64,000 nt of DNA from Eledone cirrhosa (GCA_964016885.1 OZ024752.1:45260001-45324000); one strand, 5' to 3'; positions 27,487-39,631 are shown, counted from the first letter of the stretch. The notes: generated from the sequence alone by a model not told the origin. Numbers and translations: made by a program.

Positions 27487-28827
27487 ATAAAGCCTTGTGC
27501 CTATAATAGAAACCATTATTATAATACAGCTTTAGGTTAACTAAATACGCCGAGGTTAACTTTGCCTTTCATCCTTACGGGGTCGATAAAATAAAGTAGC
27601 AGTAATGCACTGGGGTTGATTTAATCAACTTTACCTTCCCCCAGAATTGCTGGCCTTGTGCCTAACGTAGAAACAGTTATTACAATACAGATATATGCTT
27701 CGGCTTAGTCAATTTATTTTATCCTTTTCCTGTGAATACCCACTGGAGTGAAGGCTGGTTGTCAGTCTTCCAGGGTTGATAAATTACAGAGCTGGCATGT
27801 ACTGAGGTAGATTTAATCAACTGTAACCTCTTTCTTTCATTTATATTGCTGGTTCTTCAATTGTGTGTAGGTCAGCCAAGTGTGGTTTCCATTACTTCAT
27901 TGAAACAGGAAGCGCTATGCTATATGTCTGCACTAAAAAGAGTTGACTGGAGCCACATAACACTAAATAACAACAGCAACTTTATCAATGCTGAACAGAA
28001 AGAAGTAGAACAGCAATAAATGGCAATAAAACCAACTATAAAAATATATTAAAAGAAATAACAAAATGTACAAAGGTATTCTGTAGAAATTATCTAGACT
28101 TTCAAATCATCAATAGTGGAAATTCTTTAGAGTGCACTAATAAATGTCGATGTAAGAGAACAGTGATCAAGTGAGTTTCTTGAAGCCAATCTCTTTGAAA
28201 TCCATTAGAAAAGATTGGAGAGAAGTCAAATTTTTTCCAAATGAAAGATGGATGTTCATTTGCAATCTGATTTGTGTCTTGGGAATAAAGCCATTACTGC
28301 AACATGGCTTTCAGGAAAGTTTTGCCAAAACTTTTGTACAGGAAATTAAAAACAAAGATTTTTCTATGTCGTTTGAATACAGCAATTAGTAAATTTAATG
28401 ATATTGTAAAATATTTAGCAAAGTTATGAATGGTTTAGAACGGAATCTTGTATATATTTCTTCTTTGTGTTCTTCAGTTAAAAGTTACTATAGATGTATT
28501 TTTCTAATAAAAAAACACTGCTTATTATTTTCAAAATGTTTTAGAAATAATCAAAAATTTAGTAGGATTTAATAATATAACTTTCTCGTTATTTACCTGG
28601 TTTTCATATTACCCACTCTACTACCCTAAGTATTGAGTACTGTAGTGCGTTATGGTCCACCTGGTATCTTACCATACTTTCTTTGTTATATATGTTAGTT
28701 AAGTGTGTAACAACTGTTAAAGGTAGTGTACCGTTTCAAGCAACAAATGGTACTATAAGATCTGTTTCATCTGGGTTATATTCCAGTGTTATGGCAGCAG
28801 TGTATAGTAAATAGATTTAAGAGTGAA

Positions 28828-28977
28828 AGTCAGTGTTGCAGCATATGTACAAACTTTATTTGTATATTACAATAGTTTCAATATCAGGCTCGTCACCTTA
28901 TTTGTACCCCAAGCTGATCAATATCAAAACAATTGTAATATGCAAATAAAGTTTGTACATATGCTACAACACTGACT
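28828..28977. mobile_element. Diverged palindromic element with degenerate hammerhead
   Basis: Arms at about 28828-28878 and 28927-28977; ctgatcaatatcaaaacaattgta resembles CTGATGA..GAAACAATTGTA. Confidence 0.55.
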
Positions 28978-28987
28978 ACTACTACTA

Positions 28988-29033
<46 letters not shown>

Positions 29034-29055
29034 TATATATAAATAAAGTAGTAAC

Positions 29056-29209
29056 ACAACAGTTAGTTCACCATACCGAGAACAATTGTTTCACCTTATG
29101 TGGATCTTCAGCTCGGACTGAAGATCCACATAAGGTGAAACAATTGTTCTCGGTATGGTGAACTAACTGTTGTTATACCACTACAGATATCACCTTCTGG
29201 TGTTCTACC

Positions 29210-29210
<1 letters not shown>
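29056..29210. mobile_element. Family G palindromic hammerhead element
   Basis: Perfect arms 29056-29111 and 29118-29173 plus tail; homologue at 41075-41230. Confidence 0.85.
29076..29116 (-). ncRNA. Minimal type I hammerhead ribozyme (family G)
   Basis: ccgag-CTGAAGA-tcc acataa ggt-GAAAC-AATT-GTT-ctcgg; perfect 5-bp stem I, palindromic stem III. Confidence 0.75.
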
Positions 29211-29241
<31 letters not shown>

Positions 29242-29667
29242 GTAAAATGAAATAAAAAAGAACGAGTGGTTACTCCTTCATTACGTTTATTGGTTGGTGA
29301 CATGTGTTCCACCACTGATCGGCTCAAGGTTCGATCTGTATCGATCTAGGCCAACTCTGTAATCCGCGGCTCATCAGACCCCTTACAATGGTAATGGAAG
29401 TGAACATCGAGTGCTCACCCGAGTGAACCTACAGTAACTCCAAGTTACACTCCCTAGATATATATTATATATATATTTTTATATTTGGGGAGGGTCATAT
29501 TGTTATAATATTGCCAGAAATAATAATAAAACACACTCACTGTTTGGTTTGGATTGGTTTTCACTTCTGTATATTTTATATCTCCATAGTTAATTTATCT
29601 GACAATCAATGTTTATCAATGATTGAATAACGATTAAAAATATAGATATAAATATATATATGTAGTC

Positions 29668-29711
29668 TACCAAAGTTCTTTCATCACACACCTGTAACAT
29701 CATCAGTGGTA
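29668..29711 (-). ncRNA. Minimal type I hammerhead ribozyme
   Basis: tacca-CTGATGA-tgttacaggtgtgtgat-GAAA-GAAC-TT-tggta; stem I tacca/tggta. Confidence 0.55.
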
Positions 29712-29806
29712 CTATTATGTTTCCTCCCATTGTATTGTAATATCTATTCTATATATATATATATATATATATTTCATTAGAAAGTGAACAACACAATATA
29801 TAACTA

Positions 29807-29874
29807 CTCCATTACCAAAGGTTTCTGGATCCCAGACAATATTAACATATGGCTGGATCGTTCATCAGTCAGAG
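29807..29874 (-). ncRNA. Type I hammerhead ribozyme (family A) within element 29773-30018
   Basis: CTGATGA-acgatccag...ctgggatcca-GAAAC-CTTTG-GTA-atggag. Confidence 0.65.
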
Positions 29875-30016
29875 ATGTTATGAATAGAAAATATGAAATG
29901 AGATTTAAAATCGGTGAAAAATTGGAAATGAGGCTGGAAAAATAACGGAAATTAAATAGCTCTGTTCTCTACATAGAGCACTCTTTTTTCCTTGGCTTTT
30001 CCTTCGGAAGTACCTA

Positions 30017-30053
<37 letters not shown>

Positions 30054-30255
30054 TACATATATATATATATGCATACATATATATATATATATGCATACAT
30101 ATATATATATGCATACATATATATATATATATTTATATGTAGGAGGTGAGTTTTATTGTAGTACAATAAAGCAATGCAGATATCGGACAAAATATGTTGA
30201 TTTAAAACTGCACTATCAACAAGTGTTTTTTTAGCCTTCATATCATGTTCTCCTG

Positions 30256-30322
30256 TTTTATCTGATGAAAACACAAATATTATTGCTTGATGATGTTTGT
30301 TTTTGAAATGCGCATAATAAAA
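30256..30322 (+). ncRNA. Type I hammerhead ribozyme (family I) within element 30138-30360
   Basis: ttttat-CTGATGA-aaac..gttttt-GAAA-TGCGCA-TA-ataaaa. Confidence 0.75.
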
Positions 30323-30726
30323 TATATGGAACTCCTTTAACCATCTTTTGATCTTATATTATATATATTTATATATATATATGTATATATATATGCATAC
30401 ATATATATATATGCATACATATATATATATATATATATACTGTAAATGTTTGCAATATAGTGGACACCCAAGGGCACTGATGGTGGTGGATGGTGGTGTT
30501 AAATTGAGCAATGGATTAAGTTTACCTCTCAATTAAACCACATCAAGATTTGAACTCAGAATGCAAAGAGTTTAAACAATTCCACAAATCCTCCATACTG
30601 GACTGGAAACTATATTTATTGTCCCTAAAAGGATGAAAGTCAAAGTTGACTTGAGCCTGATTAAAACATGGAGAGCAAGGAACCGGAACTTACACTGTAA
30701 ATCATTTTGTCCTAAGCTATCAAGAC

Positions 30727-30945
30727 TTAACCCTTTAGCATTCACATTACTCTATATTTACTATTTTATTTTCACAGAAAAGGCTTTATTGCACATAATT
30801 ATCTCACATAATATCCAATCTATGAGATTTTGATATCATTTATTTTGAGAACAAAACCTTGAAATCAGTATGAGTGGCTGGTTACAGCCAGTTTTATCAG
30901 AAAGAGGTGAGAGAATTCTGGCCGGTTTAAATGCGAAAGGGTTAA
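30727..30945 (-). mobile_element. piggyBac-like MITE
   Basis: TTAA-ccctttagcatt...aatgcgaaaggg-TTAA. Confidence 0.85.
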
Positions 30946-31209
30946 GACTTGGAGAGCAAGGAACCGGAACTTGTACCATAAATCATTTTGTCCTAAGCTC
31001 TAAAGACTTAAGCAATCACTGCTTTATATATATGAGAAGAGAGTAGGTATATTTCTTCGAATGTCACCAAATTCTAAGTACCATTACATGCTGTAACATG
31101 CTGCTACATGAGAAATTGATCTGACAGCAGCTAGTTTGTTGATCAATCATCCTATAGTAAGGTATGACCTTGACACACTGAGCTAGATTACAGGAAAACA
31201 TCATCTGTG

Positions 31210-32527
31210 CCACCAACACCACCAACAACAACAACACCACCAACAACACCACCAACAACAACAACACCACCAACAACACCACCAACAACAACACCACCAA
31301 CAACAACAACACCACCAACAACACCACCAACAACACCACCAACAACACCACCAACAACACCACCAACAACACCACCAACAACACCACCAACAACACCACC
31401 AACAACACCACCAACAACACCACCAACAACACCACCAACAACACCACCAACAACACCACCAACAACACCACCAACACCACCACCAACAACACCACCAACA
31501 ACAACAACACCACCAACAACACCACCAACAACACCACCAACAACACCACCAACAACACCACCAACAACACCACCAACAACACCACCAACAACACCACCAA
31601 CAACACCACCAACAACACCACCAACAACACCACCAACAACACCACCAACAACACCACCAACAACAACACCACCAACAACAACAACACCACCAACACCACC
31701 AACAACACCACCAACAACACCACCAACAACACCACCAACAACACCACCAACACCACCACCAACACCACCAACAACACCACCAACACCACCACCAACACCA
31801 CCAACAACACCACCAACAACACCAACAACAACACCAACAACACCACCACCAACACCACCACCAACACCACCAACACCAACAACACCACCAACACCACCAC
31901 CAACAACACCACCAACAACACCACCAACAACACCACCAACAACACCACCAACAACACCACCAACAACACCACCACCAACACCACCAACACCACCAACACC
32001 ACCACCAACACCACCACCACCACCACCACACCACCACCACCAACAACACCACACCACCACCACACCACCAACACCACACCACCACCACCACCACCACCAC
32101 CACCACCAACACCACCAACACCACCACCACCAACACCACCACCACCAACACCACCACCACCAACACCACCACCACCAACACCACCACCACCAACACCACA
32201 CCACCAACACCAACACCACCACCAACACCACCACCACCAACACCACCAACACCACACCACCAACACCACCACACCACACCACCACCACCAACACCACACC
32301 ACCACCACCACCACCAACACCACCACCACCACCACACCACCAACACCACACCACCAACACCAACACCACACCACCACCACCAACACCACACCACCACCAC
32401 CACCAACACCACACCACCACCACCACCACCACCACACCACCACCACCACCAACACCACAACACCACACCACCACACCACCACCACACCACCACCACCACC
32501 ACCACCACCACCACCACCACCACCACA
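31210..32527. repeat. (CAC/CAA)n trinucleotide-based repeat, 1.3 kb
   Basis: 12-bp ccaacaacacca units grading into CAC runs. Confidence 0.95.
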
Positions 32528-33050
32528 TCTATGAGAAAACACAAGAGAATATTTAGCCAACAGTGAACTACCTCCATTGGTTCTCAGCTGTAGACATGGT
32601 TGAGATTTAAGTATGCTTTGACATTTTCACTAACTCCTGTGGTGCTTTACTAATACTATTATTGCTAGGTTATATGTATAGATCCATAACAACAACAACA
32701 ACAACAACAGCAGTCTGTTACATACTGAGGAACATTTATGATGGAAATTACATATTATTATTTTTTTTTTTTTCAAATATCAGAGGAGGCTTGACTTGTG
32801 TAAAATAAAAATAATTATATTTTGATGAGGTTGAATAAAACAAGATAGAGTTACAGTGAAAAGGCAAAAAATATTAGATTTTGAAACTAAATATTCTCAG
32901 GAAAATGGGAAAACTCGGCATATGGAACCTGTTAGAACAGCAAACTACCGTCGTAGCAACGTTTTGTAAAATATTACCTTTGAGTTTTCCCATTTTCCTG
33001 AGAATCCTAATGCACACGTGTCTCAAAACTCTATTTTCGAGTTAATTTGT

Positions 33051-33279
33051 TTAACCCTTTAGCATTTAAACCGGCCATATCCGGCCAGAATTCTCTCACT
33101 TCTTTCTGTTCAAACCAGCCATGATCAGCCACTCACACTGATGTTAAGGTATTGTTCTCAAAATAAATAATATCAAAATCTCATAGATTCGATATTATGT
33201 GAGATAATTATGTAAGATAAAGACTTTACCATGAAAATACGATAATATATATAGAGTAATGTAAATGGTAAAGTGTTAA
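33051..33279 (+). mobile_element. piggyBac-like MITE
   Basis: TTAA-ccctttagcatt...aatggtaaagtg-TTAA. Confidence 0.8.
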
Positions 33280-33339
33280 ACCAAATATATTTAGTCTGGG
33301 AACTGGACTTGATGTAGAGAACGCTTTACTGTAGAATGG

Positions 33340-33745
33340 CAGCTCTGTTTTCAGGGAGAGATTCCTGGATTCTGGAATCAACTTGAGGGTCGACAAGATA
33401 GCAATTGTATTTGGGGGACTTGAAAAACAAGTTTACTTAAATAAGGATTAGAAACTTTCCACCAAACTTTGTATTTATGATGCTTGCATGCAACATGCAA
33501 CATTAGAGGCATAGGCAGTGAATGCAGAGGGTATTTGAAGGCTGAACAGAGATGAATCAAGAATGCTCTACTGGTTATGTAATCTTAATATGCAGGAACA
33601 TCAAAGAATTGATGAGCTGAGAGAAAATCTGAGTTTATAAAGAATGAGTTGTTGTATGCAGGAGATATTTCTCTAGTAATGACATGTGATGTGTGGATGA
33701 CAATTATTGGATGAAGTGCCAAAAGATCCTTGTGGAAGGAAGCTA
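33340..33745 (+). mobile_element. Highly decayed RTE-like LINE RT C-terminal fragment
   Basis: Remnant ..IYDAC...AVNAEG..RLNRDESRML.WLCN.. resembles the RTE C-terminus; contains stops. Confidence 0.45.
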
Positions 33746-33973
33746 CTATTTTGTAACATTAAGAGACAGCTCATACGAAAAAAACCCTATTCCTTTGAAT
33801 GAAACAGTTCTAGTCCTGTAGAAGCCATTTCTATATTAAATTTTGTTGTATACACTCTACTAATGTATTGAGTACCTTACTTACTGTGGTTACCCCCGAA
33901 TGAACCCTGGACTCACACACATATATAGCTGTCGAAACAGCTGGAGCTCAACTGTTGGGGTCCTGACTCTTTT

Positions 33974-34019
<46 letters not shown>

Positions 34020-34119
34020 GAACAGATTAAAGTTTAAGCAAAGAATTGCTGCTTTCACCCTTAACAGGATCTTCAGATTTTAGTCTTCACATTTATTATT
34101 ACTATATATATATATATAT

Positions 34120-34522
34120 AATATAAGATCAAAAGATGGTTAAAGGAGTTCCATATATTTTATTATGCGCATTTCAAAAACAAACATCATCAAACAATAA
34201 TATTTGCGTTTTCATCAGATAAAACAGGAGAACATGATATGAAGGCTAAAAAACACTTGTTGATAGTGCAGTTTTAAATCAACTGCACTATCAACAAGTG
34301 TTTTTTAGCCTTCATATCATGTTCTCCTGTTTTATCTGATGAAAACGCAAATATTATTGTTTGATGATGTTTGTTTTTGAAATGCGCATAATAAAATACA
34401 TGGAACTCCTTTAACCATCTTTTGATCTTATATTATGCATACTCCAGTCCCACAAACTGTAGAGTGCTTCTTATCCGATATCTGCATTGCTTTATTGTAC
34501 TACAATAAAACTCACCTCCTAC

Positions 34523-34525
<3 letters not shown>
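34120..34525. mobile_element. Family I palindromic hammerhead element
   Basis: Arms 34120-34273 and 34281-34434 are almost identical; 3' tail 34435-34525; (TA)n on both sides. Confidence 0.9.
34330..34396 (+). ncRNA. Type I hammerhead ribozyme (family I); mirror copy at 34158-34224 on the minus strand
   Basis: ttttat-CTGATGA-aaacgcaaatattatt..gatgatgtttgttttt-GAAA-TGCGCA-TA-ataaaa. Confidence 0.8.
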
Positions 34526-34570
<45 letters not shown>

Positions 34571-35376
34571 TATCTACCAAATTTCCCTCACAAGGCATTA
34601 AGCAACCCAAGGCTACAACGGAAGACACTTGTTCAAGTTTCCATACAGTAGGACTGAACCCCAAACCACATTGTTGTGAAGTGAACTTTAATCATAGCCA
34701 TGCTTGTGCCTGGTTGTGGAGAATGTATGATTAAGTCTGAGGCAATCAATATCTATTTGTCGATGTTCCTTTCATAAAATAATGTCAATGGAATAAAAAA
34801 GGGTGAGGTGTTTCCTAGTTAATGGAGAAACATCTGGTATTCTCCAATCAATACTATGTTGTAAGTTGATATGATCAATATATACATTACCCATAGTTCT
34901 ACATATGTTCTTCTCCCCTCTACCAATGCACACTGACACGTATAGCTTTAAATATAAAATAAACATTAGTTATTTCTGAACATGTTGTTGTTTAAACAAT
35001 ATCAGTTATTATTACCTTCAAGTGACCTGGTTGACTTTAACAACTCTTTTGTTTTAAAAAGCTTTTCTGGAATTATCCTATAACACATCTTAACTCTTAA
35101 CATCTTGTAATGATTTAGCAGAAAATAGGTTTGCTAATTGAAATGTTTATTTGTTTACTCGTAGTATTGTATTATATGGTCCAGTAACTCCTGATAGAGT
35201 TGTATAGGTGTTGTATTGACATACAGCGTTTGTTGGTGCATGTTAAGCCTGGCAGAGCCCTTCCCTCTCCAGGCCTGGGTACAGCAGGTTTCTTCCAGAG
35301 AGAGATAGAAAGTGAGAGAGAGGGAGTGAGAAAGAGATATAGAGGAAGAATCGACCCCAGTATTAGACTGGTATAT

Positions 35377-35416
<40 letters not shown>

Positions 35417-35421
<5 letters not shown>

Positions 35422-35619
35422 GAAGGAAGTGTGGTAAGGAACCAGATGGACCATAACGCACTAGAGTACTCAATACTTAAGGTAGTAGTGTGGGTAATAG
35501 GAAAAGGTATGACCCCGACGGCAGAGCTCAAGCCGTTTCGACGGCTATTTCTGGACTAAATTTAGTCCAGAAATAGCCGTCGAAACGGCTTGAGCTCTGC
35601 CGTCGGGGTCATACCTTTT

Positions 35620-35624
<5 letters not shown>
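35417..35624. mobile_element. Family J palindromic element
   Basis: Perfect 128-bp palindrome 35497-35624 plus tail; homologues at 40180-40372, 60641-60838, 28608-28690, 33925-33975 and 62558-62610. Confidence 0.85.
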
Positions 35625-35654
<30 letters not shown>

Positions 35655-36307
35655 TGGGAGAATGAAAGTGAGAAAGAGATATAGAGGAAGAATCAACCCA
35701 GTACTTGACTGGTTACTTTTTTTTTTTAATGAAATTGAAAGGCAAAGTTGACCTCGGCAGGAATTGAACTCAGAGAGCAGAGAGTCGGAACAAATACCAT
35801 AAAGCATTCTATCCGACGTTATAACGACTCTGACAATTTGCCGCCTATATTAACTAGTAGATAGATTGTTATGAAAGTTTGCAGTATTAACGCTTAACAT
35901 CCTGCAATAATTTAGCAAAAAATGTCTAAAATTTGGTTTTGTTTATTGAAATATTTATAGTATTTTTACTAATAGACAAATTGTTATAAAAATTTTTACA
36001 ATTAAAAGATTTCATCTTTACGATGAAATCAAGTTCCAGAGTCTGTCTCTCTCTCCCTATAACAATATCCTCAACATTCTGACACTGTAAATATTTTGTT
36101 TCCATATTTCCAATAACAATTTGGAGAAATATAATAATAATGATGGAATGTTTTTAGATAAATATAAATACTTTAAACCTTTCATTATCATATTTTTAAT
36201 CAAAAACTGCCTATGAATTAAAAATAATTTTTAAACTCACTTTCTCCTTATAAAGCTGATGCTTTGAAAATTTAAAGAAACTATATTTCAATACTTAACT
36301 CACTATT

Positions 36308-36868
36308 ATCATCATCATCATCATCATCATTGTTTAACCTTCCACGCTAACGTGGGTTGGACGGTTTTGTCCCACTTCAGGTGAGATTGGTCAGGAGACT
36401 GTGTCTTGTTCGTACAGAACTGTCTCTGGCTGGTTTTCTACAGCTGGATGCCCTTCCTAACACCAACCACATTTACAGTGTGGACTGGGAGTCTTTTTTA
36501 CCATGTCTCCTACATGACCACTTTACAGTGTGGACTGGGAGCCTTTTTACCATGTCCCCTACACAACCACTTTACAGTGTGGACTGGAAGCCTTTTTACT
36601 GTCTCCTACACGACCACTTTACAGTGTGGACTGGGAGCCTTTTTACTGTGTCTCCTACACGACCACTTTACAGTATGGACTGGGAGCCTTTTTACTGTGT
36701 CTCCTACATGACCACTTTACAGTGTGGAGTGGGACCCTTTTTACTGTGTCTCCTACATGGCCACCTTACAGTGTGGACTGGAAGCCTTTTTACCATGTCT
36801 CCTACATGACCACTTTACAGTGTGGACTGGGAGCCTTTTTTACCATGTTTCCTACACGACCACTTTAA
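36308..36868 (-). repeat. SINE 3' module with about 8 tandem ~49-bp repeats
   Basis: Unit ccactttacagtgtggactgggagcctttttactgtgtctcctacacga continues from the SINE sequence. Confidence 0.85.
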
Positions 36869-37452
36869 TCAAGTGTGATGTGTTGGCCACAGTCAGTAAT
36901 TACCTCGGACAACACTTTCACCCTAAATGCAAAGACTTTAAAACAAACAGCTTTGTATTGTAGAAGGAGCAGTTACAGGAAGTTTAGTATCAAAAGGATT
37001 AAAATAGGAATAGAACAATCTCTTATGAGATTTGAATTGTTTAAAATAAGATTAAGACTTGTTAGAAAGAGTAATCCATCACTTTAAGATGACATGGAAG
37101 ACATGAAGATGGTAGCTTACTAACTATAGCACACAGCTATTCACAAAGGCAGCTGTTTCTTCATATACCATCATATATCATCATCATCATCATTTAATAT
37201 CTGATTTCCCTGTTAACAAGGGCTGGACAGGTTGTCATAGACCAAGTCTATACTCAAAGCTACTGATCTATCAGACCAGGCCAGACCAGATAGAGGGTCT
37301 GCATTTTATTTATATAGGTTCTGTACTATATTGTTTGTTGTTGGTTCTGGGGGGGGGGGGGGGGGGGGGTCCTATGTCCTTCCTAATGCCAACCACTTTA
37401 CAACTTGTACTAAGAGAATTTTATCATGACTCCACATTGGTCGTCTATCTGC

Positions 37453-37489
<37 letters not shown>

Positions 37490-37964
37490 CACACACATAC
37501 ATATATATATAAACACACATATATGCATACATACATACATACATATATATATGGTCCACCTGGTTTCTTACCACACTTTCTTTGTTATATACATACATAC
37601 ATACATACATACATACATACATACATACATACACAACCCACAATCTCACCAACCAAGTATTCCAGTACCAATTGTTCCATGCTCAAAGATGTAATTGGAA
37701 CAAAATCAAAACAACAGAAAACCAAAATAATCTCTAAGGTGGTCACAAGATGTGTGACAAAAGACCTTTGACAAATAAATAACCACCTGGTTACTAAACC
37801 AACCAAAAAATGGATTACTTACCTAACTAATTATACAAACTGAATTGAAATATTAACTGGTACATGTGTATTTATTTGCAACATGACTTCTCTGAATAAT
37901 AATTGATATTTTGAATTTAATTGACATATTCTTGTTTTTTATCTCGGATCTATTTTTAATAAAA

Positions 37965-38002
37965 TATTTAATGTTTCTATTTTTCTCTCTTTTCAGGTAA
38001 GT
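37965..38002 (+). promoter_or_regulatory. Candidate recursive splice site (3'ss fused to 5'ss)
   Basis: tttctatttttctctcttttCAG|GTAAGT; no AG between 37764 and 37994; downstream donors AAG|gtagga (38124) and AAG|gtaaga (38161). Confidence 0.65.
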
Positions 38003-38179
38003 AACTCCAGCAATTTCTACTGAATTATGTATCGATCAGTGGCTTTGATTGGATCTTACAAATGTCTCTGTGTATATCTGAGAAATACCAAGGATATACA
38101 TTTGTGTTGTATCAGTATAAAAGGTAGGAGTATATATATATAGTAGAATTATGTATAAAGGTAAGAGTATATATCTATA

Positions 38180-38227
<48 letters not shown>

Positions 38228-38232
38228 ACATG

Positions 38233-38352
38233 GTGAAGGCGTGTGGCTGAGTGGTTAGAGAATTGGATTCGCAATCGTAAGGTTGTGAGTTCGAATCCTG
38301 GACCAGGCAATGCGTTATGTCCTTGAGCAAGACACTTTATTTCACGTTGCTC
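38233..38352 (+). mobile_element. S2-related tRNA SINE head
   Basis: tggctgagtggttagag...gttcgaatcc...ccttgagcaagacacttt. Confidence 0.7.
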
Positions 38353-38574
38353 CTTCTACCTGGAGTTGCGACCGATAGATAGTATTAGCAATTGGAAAGA
38401 CCAACGGAAACATTGTTCCCTCGGTCCGATTTGACGAAAGTCGATCGTCTTCCTATATGTAACATCTCTAACGACTGATCCAGACGTATATTATTATCGT
38501 CTGTGATCCAGAAACCTTTGGTAATGGAGTAGTTATATTTTGTGTTGTTCACTTTCTAATTAACTATATATAAT

Positions 38575-38839
38575 CCCAAAAGTCAGCTCAAAAGTGACAG
38601 AGAGGAGACTGAGGTTAGCTGGACATGCTCACCGACATCCAGAGTTGACATTGCACTCAGTGCTCCTTTGGGAGCCCCTACATGGACACACTAGAAGAGG
38701 AAGACCAAGGTTAACGTATGTTGATGCCCTAAGGACAGACACTGGTCTGTTGGAGATGCAGGACATGGCAGCGATAATGAGGGACAGAGACCGCTGGAGA
38801 GAACTCGTCCATGGATCTCGGGAATTTTACCCGCCTTAG
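38575..38839 (+). mobile_element. RTE-like LINE 3' end
   Basis: RRLRLAGHAHRHPE..LLWEP.HG.TRRGRPRLTYVD...MRDRDRWR C-terminal motif, then (TA)n. Confidence 0.75.
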
Positions 38840-38841
38840 AT

Positions 38842-38904
<63 letters not shown>

Positions 38905-39414
38905 AAAATGAGGGTTTTTTTAATGACAAAAAACAAGATGTTCTACACGAGTGAAAGTATAAGGAAAAGAAATCGAAAATCAACTGGAGTCTTTTTAAGA
39001 ATATTTATTTGTTTCCTTTACCGGTTTCACAGTTCTTAAGCTTTTCAAAAGTAGAATTGAGTTGAAGGGTTTATGGTTTTTCTTGCATATATATATATAC
39101 ACACACACACACACGCATATATATATCACCTTTTTTTCTGTGCTTCTTGTTCAGTCTTGTAATTATTCTAATGTCATTAATAACAAACTTATGTTTCTTG
39201 GTGCAGTCTTCTCTGGGGAAGGACTTAACATTCACAACCATCTTTCTATCTCTGTAAGTAAGACATTAATCTGACTTATGTGATTGCCTGATTGATAGGT
39301 GATTATTTGGCTGGCCGACTTTCTAATGTTGCAAATTGTTACTTCATTTGCATCACAGAATTCTAAGAGCCTGGCACCCTCTTAATTTCTTGAGCCAAAA
39401 CCATAGCCACACAC

Positions 39415-39600
39415 TGGCTTCTACAGGACTAGAACTGTTTCATATGGGAGAAATCATCTGGGCTTCCTGATGATTTCTCCCGAATGAAACAGTTCTAGTC
39501 CTGTAGAAGCCATTTCTATATTAAATATTTATACTCTGCTATGTATTGAGTACCTTACTTACTGTGGTTACCCCCGATTGAACCCGGGATAAACTTATCT
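39415..39600. mobile_element. Family K palindromic hammerhead element
   Basis: Palindrome 39415-39512 plus tail; homologue at 33797-33915. Confidence 0.75.
39461..39511 (+). ncRNA. Type I hammerhead ribozyme (family K)
   Basis: ggcttc-CTGATGA-tttctcccgaat-GAAAC-agttcta-GTC-ctgta-gaagcc; stem I offset by a bulge. Confidence 0.55.

Positions 39601-39631
<31 letters not shown>

Noticed and set aside
31207-32556. Mucin-like PTTP / His-rich ORF
   Set aside because: Open in several frames on both strands, starts at GTG, and has no convincing splice sites or unique domain; best explained as a CAC/CAA repeat.
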